IMG/VR virus record: IMGVR_UViG_3300042486_001111
From: a virus
Lineage: Duplodnaviria > Heunggongvirae > Uroviricota > Caudoviricetes
Strand: one strand, 5' to 3'
Length of the DNA stretch: 26,576 nt
Position numbers and translations under genes: made by a program. The notes below the pieces were generated by a model. That model had not been told where the DNA came from, searched no databases, and saw only the letters and a program-made list of their open reading frames with translations. Of this stretch, positions 1 through 10,208 are shown piece by piece; position 1 is the first letter of the stretch, and every line of letters starts with the position of its first letter.

Positions 1-752
1 AATATCACCTTTAAATATGTGATACCATTTTCACCCTCTAAATTTGTTAAAGTAATATTGTTTGGGTTGAAATCTTTAGATGCTGCCATTTCATATATTT
101 TACCATTTCCCGCATTATTGAATTGTGCAACTGCATACATTTCATATTCTTGATTTGGTGCATTATCTACTAAGTCCTTAAACCAATATATGTGGAACCC
201 CTCATGAACCTCATTAGGTTGTAATACAGGATCACCAATTGTAAATGTAATAGGACAATTATCTAAAGGAAGTACAAACCCGAATTGATTTTCTTGATCT
301 TTACCTACCTGTGTATATATGTCTGAAAAAGATAATAATTGATTTTTACCACTATATGGATTATCATAAAGTGATAATCTAATAAAACTATTAATAAATC
401 TTTCAGTTCTACAGAATATATCGTCAAAAATAAACCCAATATCTTTGTAAAGTCCTGGTTCCGCACTAGTACCCCTATGTGAGGGATTACCTATTAGTAT
501 ACTACTTGGAGTATAAAAATTTAAATTTATTTTAAATTTATCTATAATATTCCAATTATTATCACAAGGTTTAAAAATAACTTTTTTATAATCAACTATT
601 GGATTAATAGACTTTTCAATTTCGTCTTTTACAAACTTATCCTCAATTAATTCTGCATTATCAACAGGGAAAAAATTAGTTCCCAATGATATGTCTATGG
701 TACTACCAGTACCCAAACTTCCAATTAATATTTTTCTTCTATCAACAAACAT
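1..752 (-). CDS. Hypothetical virion/baseplate-region protein, 3'-truncated by the window edge (not in ORF track)
   Basis: ATG at 752 overlaps the end of the 742..2916 gene. The frame reads MFVDRRKILIGSLGTGSTIDISLGTNFFPVDNAELIEDKFVKDEIEKSINPIVDYKK... and stays open to position 3 (...GENGITYLKVI). Confidence 0.85.
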   Translation of the reverse strand, partial: MFVDRRKILIGSLGTGSTIDISLGTNFFPVDNAELIEDKFVKDEIEKSINPIVDYKKVIFKPCDNNWNIIDKFKINLNFYTPSSILIGNPSHRGTSAEPGLYKDIGFIFDDIFCRTERFINSFIRLSLYDNPYSGKNQLLSFSDIYTQVGKDQENQFGFVLPLDNCPITFTIGDPVLQPNEVHEGFHIYWFKDLVDNAPNQEYEMYAVAQFNNAGNGKIYEMAASKDFNPNNITLTNLEGENGITYLKVI

Positions 753-2916
753 CGTCTATTTCTTTTTGTTTTAAGAATGATAAGTCTAAACATCCACCAG
801 CAACATCTCTTTTACCTAATTCATATTCACCAATATAACTAGCCAATGTTACTTCAATATTTAAATTTGCCAAACCATTGTAATTTAAAATGTCTAATGT
901 GTTTGCAGAACCGACATCTAAAGTAAATATAACTTTAGTCCAATTATTACCGTTAAATTGATAGTACCCTACCCCAACACCATTTATGGTATCTGGGTTT
1001 GTATTAAAAACGATTAATCCCGATTGTGGGTTTGGTACTGTAGTAATGTCATTAATATTAACCAACGATGTTGCAGGTATGTCAATACTATAATTTAAGA
1101 AGGTAGGATCATTAAGTAATTTTATAAATTTATCCTGTTGTAAATTGTTAACATCTGACGCACCTAATACTATATCCTCTGAAATTAATGAAAATTCACA
1201 AGGTGGATCCTGTCTTTGGAAATAAAATCTTTTATCTAAATAAACATAATGTGCACCACTCTCAAAAGGATAATCAACTCCCGCACCTGAATTATCAAAT
1301 TCACCAATTTCTAATATATCCCTCCATTTAAAAACATTAGGTGCGATTTCGGTTGCATAATCAGGTATCTGAAAAGACTTTCTCAATTCATCTATTTCGT
1401 TTGGGTTTGTGATATTATATTTGTCTATAACTAATTGTAAGTTAACTGCTGGATTAATATAATTAGAAAATTCTCTTATTTTTACCAAATTAAAAGGTGT
1501 ATAGATATACCCTTCTTTTTTATTACCTTTATTAGTATCTATTGAGTTTAAAAATTCTCTATAAACTGTATTAACTCTATGATATAAATTTTCTAATCTT
1601 CTTTCCAATAATTCACTTTCATTATATTCTACAATGTCACCATCAAAAATATCATCACTTTCGTCTATATTTTCATAATATGTAGAACCAACGTAATTTG
1701 TATCTCCATATGATCTTATATTATAATTAACACTTGCGTCATTTTCTAAATCATAACCTGCAGAAATTTTAGTCCAAAATCTTACGTTATATGGTGGTGG
1801 TAATGGTTGTTGTTGTATTAACCAATACTGAGTATTAATTGATGATGGATTAGAGTCATTATCATTTTTTATTATTGATAGGTATAGTTCCGTTATTGGT
1901 CTACCTAAATTATCAACTAATGTACTAACGTCAATATCATTTTTAAAATTAAATGCAACTACCTCATCATTAAAATATGTTACACCATACGCTGCAGGAT
2001 ATAAATCATAATCTTTATAATCTGAACTTGTTAATGATTTAAATTGTCTCACATAATAACTAGATAATTTACCATTAACACTTCTTTTTATTGTAGATAC
2101 ACCCAAACTAAAATTAATGTCTAAAGGATTAACATCTATTATAAATGTCCTTAATTTATTATCATTAACTTGATTACCTAATTTAAATACTCTATATATC
2201 TGTGTATTTAAATTAAGTGTATTGTTTGGTGTATTGTCAACGAAATTATATAACTTAATCCTATCACCAACATTTAAACCGTGATTCATCGGTGTTCTGA
2301 AACCAACATATTGTCTCCCATTTAATTCTATAGTAAACTTATCAATGACTGGGATACCGTCTTTAAGTGATTTGTTTGAGTTGTTTTTAACTAAAGTTAT
2401 ATCTTTAGTACTAAATGGATAAACTATCTTTAATAAGTAATTTGAAGATCCGTCACTATCTAACATTTTTAACCTATCATATCCAGGATCGAATGGAAAA
2501 AATTCACATAACGCACTTTTATTATCATTAAATTGTATTTCATTCGTATTTGGTTCATCGTTATATGAACCTACCCACCCATCTTTTTCAAAAATAGAAC
2601 TACTCATTATTGTTTTAGCAGCAACTTGTGGTACTGGACTTACATTCGGTAGTGGTTTAGGTTGTTTTAAGTATATTTTTATATTTTCATTAAATAATAC
2701 ATTTGTAACAACTGGTTTGACTACACCATAAAAACGATAAATTGTACTATCTTTTCTCTCTTTCTCAAACTGTTCAAATTGACTAACAGTCGTATCGATA
2801 TCGTTTAATGGTATAGGTTTATTAGTATTGTTTAAACCGAATTGAATTTGTGTGTTTACGTTAACATTATTAGGTAACTTAACACTATTCAATAATATTT
2901 TATTATTAATATCCAT
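742..2916 (-). CDS. 724-aa hypothetical protein, probably structural (baseplate/tail operon)
   Basis: Long ORF coupled to the upstream gene by a TAATG overlap at 2914-2918; beta-rich composition; downstream of the baseplate genes. Function inferred from context only. Confidence 0.6.
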   Translation of the reverse strand: MDINNKILLNSVKLPNNVNVNTQIQFGLNNTNKPIPLNDIDTTVSQFEQFEKERKDSTIYRFYGVVKPVVTNVLFNENIKIYLKQPKPLPNVSPVPQVAAKTIMSSSIFEKDGWVGSYNDEPNTNEIQFNDNKSALCEFFPFDPGYDRLKMLDSDGSSNYLLKIVYPFSTKDITLVKNNSNKSLKDGIPVIDKFTIELNGRQYVGFRTPMNHGLNVGDRIKLYNFVDNTPNNTLNLNTQIYRVFKLGNQVNDNKLRTFIIDVNPLDINFSLGVSTIKRSVNGKLSSYYVRQFKSLTSSDYKDYDLYPAAYGVTYFNDEVVAFNFKNDIDVSTLVDNLGRPITELYLSIIKNDNDSNPSSINTQYWLIQQQPLPPPYNVRFWTKISAGYDLENDASVNYNIRSYGDTNYVGSTYYENIDESDDIFDGDIVEYNESELLERRLENLYHRVNTVYREFLNSIDTNKGNKKEGYIYTPFNLVKIREFSNYINPAVNLQLVIDKYNITNPNEIDELRKSFQIPDYATEIAPNVFKWRDILEIGEFDNSGAGVDYPFESGAHYVYLDKRFYFQRQDPPCEFSLISEDIVLGASDVNNLQQDKFIKLLNDPTFLNYSIDIPATSLVNINDITTVPNPQSGLIVFNTNPDTINGVGVGYYQFNGNNWTKVIFTLDVGSANTLDILNYNGLANLNIEVTLASYIGEYELGKRDVAGGCLDLSFLKQKEIDDVC

Positions 2917-5900
2917 TAGTTAGACGAATTATTAGATACCCCCTGTGTCGTTAATACAACATTTGGGTTATTTGGTGGTGTAATTGGTGTCCCAACTTGA
3001 GTTGTTTGTATTAATGTCTCACCCAAACACGTTTTATAAACAGTAAATGGATTATCTCCAACATTATTTATATTAGGTGAATTATTAATATTTTCATTAA
3101 CAGTATCATTTGATGCATTAAGACCCTCTAATGTAACTTCATCTATTAAATCACCGAAGAATTGAGATACAGTTCTATGTAATGCAGTTTTACCTGGTAC
3201 TAAACCAAAATAAAGGAAATACGGTGTTTGGGTTCTGTTAAATTTAATACCATTTACTAAATTACTTCCATTATTTGGGTCATCTTCCAAAGTCACCACA
3301 CCAGTTGTTGGATCTGTTACTAATTGGTTAATTTCGTCAACCCCATCTAATTGTGACGTTTGATTAAAATTAATTGTTTGGTTACCATTAGGATAATTAA
3401 TGAAGGATGATGTTTGTCCTGGTGCCAATCCATAGAAGTAATCACCACTACCATTAGTTTTTTTATAACCGCAGGCATCACCAGGAATAAATGTATCTCC
3501 GTCATTATATTCTGAAAGAATTTGTTCACCATCTAAATTATAATATAAATTATACCCCTCACTCAATGCAATTTCAGGATATGTATTATATAAGTTATCA
3601 AACTCCAATGAACCTGGTCTTTGGTGGTGGAACGTTAAATTAGATGATTTATAACCATTAAATCTTTTACAAAAATAACTTCTTACATCTTCATCATGAT
3701 CAAACCTTAAGAAACAGTTACCTATCTCTATACCTATATCGTTTTTATCTATGATATCCACACCTATTTGTGAATGATTTACACTCGCTGACGTATTCAA
3801 ACAAACTGTTTTAAAACAAGAGAACTCCGCATAAGCCCTAAGATTTAACGATATATTTTTCTTATCGTCAAACTTAAGAATATTTCTAGTAACATTATTA
3901 CCCGATATTTGTGGTGTACCTAATTTATATTTAACATCCTCATAACTAACATTAAATGTAGTCGGTGGTATGACATCCATAATAAATGGTACATCGTCAA
4001 TATCACAATATGTACTACTACCTAATTCCATAATAGTTGTAGGTAACATTAGGTTTGCTTTATATTCACTATTATTATATTTTACATCACCTTTAGGTAT
4101 GTAAGGTGTATAATATATATTACCATCAGCCCAACTAATTAACCCGTGTTTAATTAATTTACTATAGTTATTATATTCCGTTTCGTTATATATACAAGGT
4201 GCCACACCATTGGTGTTACAGTCTGGTGCACATGTGTAAGATGGACATCCCGAAGATGGTACTGTTGGACTTCCAGGTTCTTCTTCATCTGGTTGCTCTA
4301 TCGGACCAAAACCATCTTCCGCCTCTTCTGCAGTTGGTACATAATTACTTGACTCTACACAATCTAATGATGTTTTAAAGTATTCTTTTCTCTCCATCAT
4401 TCTTGTATCGTCACATATATTCCTATGGTGTCCATGTCCACCTATGTTTGTCCAAGTTGAGTTGCCTGCAGCATCTTCTGTTTCTACATACTCAGGTTTA
4501 CCGTGTTCACTTTGTATTGTTCTATTTTTAATTTCATACTGAACCCCAAATGTATTAAATGTATTTTGGAATGATGAAAAACTATTAAATTTAATTTTAC
4601 ACGCTTCAAAATTACTATTTTTACCATTAAATTCTAATTCTTTTACTGCAACATTAAGGTTTGGCGTCTGTAAATCATTATCTTCTGTACCATACCAATC
4701 AGTAACCCTTCTCCATCTTACCTTAGCAGTACAATCGTTAACAACTATTAAAGGTGTAGAACCTAAAGTTGTGGGTATTTTTATTCTCCATTGTTCAAAT
4801 GTAGGATTACCTTGAAAGTTTGTAGTAAATGATCCTAAAACTGGTCCTCTTTCTTTACAATCAAAATCGCAAAATTTATCTTTTTTAATCTGACCAAATT
4901 TTCTTTTTCTCTTTTTTAGTTTATATTTTCTCTTAACCAAAGGGAAATATAGTGTACCACCAACCCAATCATTATAAAAGTCAAATTTTAACATTCTAAG
5001 AAAAACAGCAACAGGTTCCATTACACATGAAACCCAATCCTTTATTCCTGGTGTCTGTATACCACCACAATTACTACAACTAAATGGTTGTACATATTGT
5101 GAATTACATCCCGAATCATCACCAAAAGGAGTTTTTATTAATGTTAATTTATATTCTTTCCCTTCATCCGCACACTTTAATGATATTAATGGTACTTTAA
5201 CACAACATTTAGAACAACAACCAAAATTATTACCACAACTTGACTCATTAGTTGGGCAACCATATGTTGGATCACTACAACAACTGTGTTGGGTTCCACC
5301 ACATATGTCTTTACATTTCTTACATAATAAACCACTGAATATACACTTATATTTTAAAGATATACAATTGCCTAAAATTTTAATACCACCATCTGGACAA
5401 GCCTGTGATAAATTACATTCGTCACAGTCCAATCCTTGATACCAATAAGTTCCTTGCCCAACCCTCATTCTTCTACATCCAGCACCTGGAGAAGTTGCAC
5501 AAGATCCATAATTATACCACCAATCCTCTACACCTGTTCCTGTTGCACTATTTTGGACTGGTCCTGGTCCTGGGTTACCGATATTATTAGTATTTGTAAT
5601 AACACTTGGTACACCATTACCATTCTGAGGCATATCAGAAAAATTAATTGTCGCACAACTACCAGATTCTTCATCGTTAGGTGGATTCACTCTACCATTA
5701 ACATCGATACAACTTGACCATGGGTTATCACCACTACCAATAGGGGTTCCATTATTACCTGCTCTGATTGACCCACAACCAGCAAATGATGCTGGATACC
5801 CATCATTTCCCGTTTCTTTCCAACATCCAGCTCCATCATCATATGATTGTGATTGAACGTAGAATCTCGCCCTACTACCTTTGTTAGATACTAAACAAAT

Positions 5901-7496
5901 ACCTACAGGTAACTTAATATTACATATTGCAGTTACTAAACCATTGATAATATTTATGATACCATTTATAAATCCTACTACGTGTCCAAATATTGATAAT
6001 ATGAGACATATTATACTATAAAGTGGATTAAAATTAGTATCTAACCTATTTGTGGGGAATTTGTTAACACCCTCACCATTTAAAATATCTTTAATACCTA
6101 TAAACCCTCTAGCCTCATCACCAAATTTACCACCTATTTTTTGTAATCTTCCAATATATTGTTTAACAGTATATACTTTTTTCCATCTAAATGGATAAAA
6201 TTCCTCTAAGTAGTTGTATTGATTGGTTAAATCGTTTGCATATGGAGTATTATCAGTTATTGTTGATAATTGTTGGTTTATTTTAAAATCACTACTATTT
6301 TTTAATTCATTAGTACCATATTCCCTAAAATTAAAATTGTTGTTAGTATTAGGTACTAAATATTTTGCCCTCTCTCTTAATCTTTTATCGTTAGATGTTG
6401 CATCCATAGATATTCTAAACCTATAATCACCTTCAGTCGCAACACCCTTTATACCATCAGGTGAGGGAATTAAGTTTCCAAACTCATCTGTCACTACCTT
6501 TCTAATATTCATAGGTACTAATACTGACCAATTACCATTATCGTCAATAGAATTATCCTTAAAGGTAAAATTTTCTATATTCCCATCTACTGTTCTTCTG
6601 ATTGACTCTATTTTACCAGAACCAGTTATTACCTCATTTAATTTACCCATCTCGCGGGCTGGTTTACAGTTCTTATTTAATGAATCTTTTTCATCATCAG
6701 TAAAAATACTACCCGTAAAAATTGCGGTAGGTACTAATTCTAAACTATCTATAGAAATATCTAATCTGTTTATACCTAAACCACTACCAACATTTAAACT
6801 ATCACACCAATAAGGTTCAACTCTAATTGGTATATTTTCAGAAAATATTTGCGGTAAACTATCTAAGTTATTTGAAGATTTGAATTTAAATCTATCTTTA
6901 AATAAGTTATCACTATAACCCTGATCAATTAATTCAAAAGGTCGTACAGATAAAAATCCAATATCACTAACATCCATATCATAATGGAGGAAGTGATCCC
7001 CTACAGGTACTCCAAATAATATATAATCACCCGCAGAATTAGTAGTTGTCGTATACTTATAATATTTTTCGTAAATTTCTAGTGTAGTACTATCATCTAA
7101 TATCTGTCTTTTCTTAGGAAAAGTACCTACAGGTGTATGATCTAGTTTTTGTTGGTAACTAGGTAAAACGTTATACCTTATCCCATTCCTATTTTTTTGA
7201 TCAGGAAATGGTTCACTATATGGATATATTGCAGACTTTACTGGATCATTTAAATCCGCTTCATCTACAGGTACAAAAACTGAAACTCTTACGTTTGGTA
7301 CACCGAATCCATTATTTATAATTACTCTTCCTGCAATTACACCATATTCCGCACAGTAACTTTGATATTCGTCTTTTTGTGAAATTTTTAAACTTAATAT
7401 TTCTAAATGATCATAGTTTTGAGTTAAGTCAACATTAACTTTTAAATATCCATTATCTTCGCCTGGTGTTGTCCTAATTCTATATGATTTAGACAT
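2916..7496 (-). CDS. 1526-aa putative structural protein: N-terminal carboxypeptidase-regulatory-like beta-sandwich, central hydrophobic helix, Cys-rich region
   Basis: GVIAGRVIINNGFGVPNVRVSVFV...TTTNSAGDYILFGVPVGDHFL fits the carboxypeptidase-regulatory/transthyretin-like pattern. Hydrophobic stretch LYSIICLILSIFGHVVGFINGIINIINGLVTAIC. About 30 Cys in 5020-6030. Confidence 0.6.
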   Translation of the reverse strand: MSKSYRIRTTPGEDNGYLKVNVDLTQNYDHLEILSLKISQKDEYQSYCAEYGVIAGRVIINNGFGVPNVRVSVFVPVDEADLNDPVKSAIYPYSEPFPDQKNRNGIRYNVLPSYQQKLDHTPVGTFPKKRQILDDSTTLEIYEKYYKYTTTTNSAGDYILFGVPVGDHFLHYDMDVSDIGFLSVRPFELIDQGYSDNLFKDRFKFKSSNNLDSLPQIFSENIPIRVEPYWCDSLNVGSGLGINRLDISIDSLELVPTAIFTGSIFTDDEKDSLNKNCKPAREMGKLNEVITGSGKIESIRRTVDGNIENFTFKDNSIDDNGNWSVLVPMNIRKVVTDEFGNLIPSPDGIKGVATEGDYRFRISMDATSNDKRLRERAKYLVPNTNNNFNFREYGTNELKNSSDFKINQQLSTITDNTPYANDLTNQYNYLEEFYPFRWKKVYTVKQYIGRLQKIGGKFGDEARGFIGIKDILNGEGVNKFPTNRLDTNFNPLYSIICLILSIFGHVVGFINGIINIINGLVTAICNIKLPVGICLVSNKGSRARFYVQSQSYDDGAGCWKETGNDGYPASFAGCGSIRAGNNGTPIGSGDNPWSSCIDVNGRVNPPNDEESGSCATINFSDMPQNGNGVPSVITNTNNIGNPGPGPVQNSATGTGVEDWWYNYGSCATSPGAGCRRMRVGQGTYWYQGLDCDECNLSQACPDGGIKILGNCISLKYKCIFSGLLCKKCKDICGGTQHSCCSDPTYGCPTNESSCGNNFGCCSKCCVKVPLISLKCADEGKEYKLTLIKTPFGDDSGCNSQYVQPFSCSNCGGIQTPGIKDWVSCVMEPVAVFLRMLKFDFYNDWVGGTLYFPLVKRKYKLKKRKRKFGQIKKDKFCDFDCKERGPVLGSFTTNFQGNPTFEQWRIKIPTTLGSTPLIVVNDCTAKVRWRRVTDWYGTEDNDLQTPNLNVAVKELEFNGKNSNFEACKIKFNSFSSFQNTFNTFGVQYEIKNRTIQSEHGKPEYVETEDAAGNSTWTNIGGHGHHRNICDDTRMMERKEYFKTSLDCVESSNYVPTAEEAEDGFGPIEQPDEEEPGSPTVPSSGCPSYTCAPDCNTNGVAPCIYNETEYNNYSKLIKHGLISWADGNIYYTPYIPKGDVKYNNSEYKANLMLPTTIMELGSSTYCDIDDVPFIMDVIPPTTFNVSYEDVKYKLGTPQISGNNVTRNILKFDDKKNISLNLRAYAEFSCFKTVCLNTSASVNHSQIGVDIIDKNDIGIEIGNCFLRFDHDEDVRSYFCKRFNGYKSSNLTFHHQRPGSLEFDNLYNTYPEIALSEGYNLYYNLDGEQILSEYNDGDTFIPGDACGYKKTNGSGDYFYGLAPGQTSSFINYPNGNQTINFNQTSQLDGVDEINQLVTDPTTGVVTLEDDPNNGSNLVNGIKFNRTQTPYFLYFGLVPGKTALHRTVSQFFGDLIDEVTLEGLNASNDTVNENINNSPNINNVGDNPFTVYKTCLGETLIQTTQVGTPITPPNNPNVVLTTQGVSNNSSN

Positions 7497-7499
7497 ATA

Positions 7500-7883
7500 T
7501 TAATCATTGTTTTTTTTATTGTTATCGAAAATTTCAATATCATCAATATTTTTTCCTACATAACTAGTAGTATCCTTAAATTGATTCTCTCTTTTTCTAA
7601 TCTCTCTTTTATATTTAAATTCCGCATATTTCGTAAATATACCCATAAATAAATTCTTAAACTTTTTAGTAACATTAGGTAATGATTTAGGAAAAAAGAA
7701 CGAAATAAAAATCTGCCCAACTAAGACTAAAATAATAAGAGGTATTGCTATAATAATAACAAAAAATGCAATCACTCTAAATAAAAATGTACTACCCGCT
7801 AAATCTGAAGGTATTAAATTTAAAGTTTGATTTTCATTATTATCATTTTGTGTTTCTGTTTGATTACATGTATTACATCCCAT
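7500..7883 (-). CDS. 127-aa membrane protein with N-terminal CxxC (MGCNTC)
   Basis: About 30-residue hydrophobic segment FLFRVIAFFVIIIAIPLIILVLVGQIFISFFF followed by a basic segment; A-rich leader. Confidence 0.7.
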   Translation of the reverse strand: MGCNTCNQTETQNDNNENQTLNLIPSDLAGSTFLFRVIAFFVIIIAIPLIILVLVGQIFISFFFPKSLPNVTKKFKNLFMGIFTKYAEFKYKREIRKRENQFKDTTSYVGKNIDDIEIFDNNKKNND

Positions 7884-7932
7884 AACTTATATTTTTTTAA
7901 TAAAACTAACTCAATTTTCTAGAAAGTAAGTA

Positions 7933-9762
7933 TTATGATGTAGAAATTGTCACTTTTATGTCTTTATTAGGGTATTTAATTTCAAACATACCATTAGGTT
8001 GTCCGAATAAAGTATATTTACCTAATAAGTCTACCTGTCTAGTAGTCTCATCAATATAAGGTTGGGCAATTTCATTTAACGAATATTTACCGTTTTCATT
8101 AACTTTATTAAATACTCTTAAATCTGTGACATTTAATACACCACCAACATTATTTATATTTTCAATAAGTTGTGAAACATATATATTGTCACCCATATCC
8201 CATTTATTTATATCAAAATAATCTGTGATACTACTAATGACACCTGAAATGATATCACCTTTAGGTATTGATTTTTCTGCAAAAATATCTACCTCAAAAC
8301 CTAAATTAATGACTCTACCATTTTTAACTGTTACATAGTCATTAATCATTCTATAATCCGCCAAATACTCTGCGATATTCTGTTTTAATGTGGACGTAGC
8401 CTCAGTAGTTAATTTAGAGTTTGAGTCTAATGCCAAAATTGATACGTTAATTTTATTTCTCTCCTCCCATACACCAGTTCTAAATGGTACACCAAATTTA
8501 CCTGGCATTAATGGTATTCTCGATTGATAATCTTTGATAGTGACACATCTGTCTTGTGCGGAAAAATTATATCTAACTAAGTTTCTTACTTCATCAATAG
8601 ATGGTTCTTCTTTCCCACCCAATGCAGGTATCGGATTGTTAACCGATATACTATTTCTTATAATTCTATTTATATCTGATGAGTCACCATTAATTACTAC
8701 ATTTATGGTACCCAAAGTATTAATGATATTTACACCAATGTTACTATCTTCTCCACCACCTATTCTATATCTAACATAGATAGTGTTATCCGTAGGTGGT
8801 ATTTGACCCAAAGATAAGTTATTAACTGTTTTACCAATTCTTTCTATTTGTCCTCTACATCCAACGAAATCGTTTAATTCTGACACATCGGCATCACCTG
8901 CACCAAATATAATTTTACAGAAACCATTATCTGTATATTCTTTAATAAATCTACGAGGTGCGTTTAACCATTTACCTACTGCGATACCCTCTCTATCTGA
9001 TATCGTATTGTCATCAACAACATAAACTTCCGCCTGTGCCAATGCAGGTACCTCATACCAACTTATATCGAAATCGCTGAACTCTTCCTCTGTTGGTTGG
9101 TTAACTAAATTGGTACCTTCTTTTGTTATAATATTTTCTATTGATAGTACGTTGTCTTCAGGTAAAATAATTTCAAAAAATGGTCGGTAATCACTTCTAC
9201 TTAATGTTCTTTTATAAGTTTTTGTGATACCGTTTAACATTATTTCTCTTTTAGTAAGAGTGTAATTTTGAATTATCCCACTTCCATCTATGTTTGGCAC
9301 TACTAATCTATTTGGTATTCCTCCAGTTGTAAAAGGGGATGAAAAATCACAATCTTCCATCATTTCGAATACTTTACCCGCACCTGTGGCTTGTGAACCT
9401 TTTAAAATTTTAGGTGCATAACTAATATCAAATGTATCACCTTTAACTGGAATGTTAGTTACTGTCCAGTCAACTATTGTTATACTCGGTCTTTTTCCTG
9501 GTATATTTAATCCAAAAGTTCTAGCCAACTCTAAAAGTGATGATCTTTCCTGTGCGTAACTGATTTGTGTCTCATTAAACATTCTATCAGTATGGAATGA
9601 TAACATATCACCAACCGCAGCGTTTAATTCCAATAACATCATACCTACAGATGCATCATTAAAATCTGAGAATATTTCTGGATAATATTTTTGTATGAAC
9701 TCTATTAACTGTTGTCTAACATCTGAGAAGTTCCTAGCATTGTAATCTATTTTTTTAGCCAT
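7933..9762 (-). CDS. Baseplate wedge subunit (T4 gp6 / baseplate J-like)
   Basis: N-terminal DYNARNFSDVRQQLIEFIQKYYPEIFSDFNDASVGMMLLELNAAVGDMLSFHTD, plus YRIGGG and GGKEEPSIDEVR...AQDRCVTIKDY motifs typical of gp6/J wedge proteins. Adjacent to the gp25-like gene. Confidence 0.9.
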   Translation of the reverse strand: MAKKIDYNARNFSDVRQQLIEFIQKYYPEIFSDFNDASVGMMLLELNAAVGDMLSFHTDRMFNETQISYAQERSSLLELARTFGLNIPGKRPSITIVDWTVTNIPVKGDTFDISYAPKILKGSQATGAGKVFEMMEDCDFSSPFTTGGIPNRLVVPNIDGSGIIQNYTLTKREIMLNGITKTYKRTLSRSDYRPFFEIILPEDNVLSIENIITKEGTNLVNQPTEEEFSDFDISWYEVPALAQAEVYVVDDNTISDREGIAVGKWLNAPRRFIKEYTDNGFCKIIFGAGDADVSELNDFVGCRGQIERIGKTVNNLSLGQIPPTDNTIYVRYRIGGGEDSNIGVNIINTLGTINVVINGDSSDINRIIRNSISVNNPIPALGGKEEPSIDEVRNLVRYNFSAQDRCVTIKDYQSRIPLMPGKFGVPFRTGVWEERNKINVSILALDSNSKLTTEATSTLKQNIAEYLADYRMINDYVTVKNGRVINLGFEVDIFAEKSIPKGDIISGVISSITDYFDINKWDMGDNIYVSQLIENINNVGGVLNVTDLRVFNKVNENGKYSLNEIAQPYIDETTRQVDLLGKYTLFGQPNGMFEIKYPNKDIKVTISTS

Positions 9763-9764
9763 AT

Positions 9765-10148
9765 TTAAAATGTTAATGTAATTGTATCTGTACTTGTGAA
9801 AGTCCCTTCAGTAACTGTATAGGTTAATTCCACAATAATTAATTCTTCGATGGTATCATTTCTAAACGATATATCGTTAATCAATAAATTAGGTATAAAC
9901 CTAATTATTGTTTGATTCAAATTATCCTTAATTTGTTCCTGTGTTATTTCATCATTGGGTTCAAAGATGAATTTTTTAAGGTCACTACCGAATTCTGGTA
10001 GATATAACCTTTCACCCTTATTAGTTAACAATAAATGCAATAAGTCCGCCCTAATAGCGTCCTTATCAGTTTTATTCATTTTAAAATAGAAACCATTGTC
10101 ACTATCTCTAAAAGGGAAATCAATATTTATATATCTAGTCTTAGCCAT
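9765..10148 (-). CDS. Baseplate gp25-like (GPW/gp25 family) sheath-initiator protein
   Basis: AIRADLLHLLLTNKGERLYLPEFGSDLKKFIFEP is the GPW/gp25 signature; size 127 aa. Confidence 0.92.
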   Translation of the reverse strand: MAKTRYINIDFPFRDSDNGFYFKMNKTDKDAIRADLLHLLLTNKGERLYLPEFGSDLKKFIFEPNDEITQEQIKDNLNQTIIRFIPNLLINDISFRNDTIEELIIVELTYTVTEGTFTSTDTITLTF

Positions 10149-10152
10149 TCTC

Positions 10153-10166
10153 TATATAAATATTGT
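10153..10166 (-). promoter_or_regulatory. Putative phage late-type promoter motif ACAATATTTATATA
   Basis: The 14-mer is identical to 21027-21040 and shares TATTTATATA with 12343-12352. It ends 4 nt upstream of the gp25 ATG. Confidence 0.6.
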
Positions 10167-10208
10167 ACTATAAATTTTTTGAAAAGAAATGGTAAAATAT
10201 TAAAAATT

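Noticed and set aside
3347-6426. Short ORFs 3347..3532, 5405..5590, 5436..5717, 6223..6426
   Set aside because: Nested in or antisense to the 1526-aa gene, with no motifs or expression signals; shadow ORFs.
7866-7883. MGC N-terminus as a eukaryotic myristoylation signal (giant virus origin)
   Set aside because: Baseplate gp25/gp6, gp32, operonic overlaps and bacterial promoters indicate a bacteriophage.
7884-7932. Possible promoter (TAGTTTTA) upstream of the 127-aa membrane protein
   Set aside because: Imperfect -7 box with no -33/-35 element at the spacing seen in the other three sites; expected by chance in AT-rich DNA.
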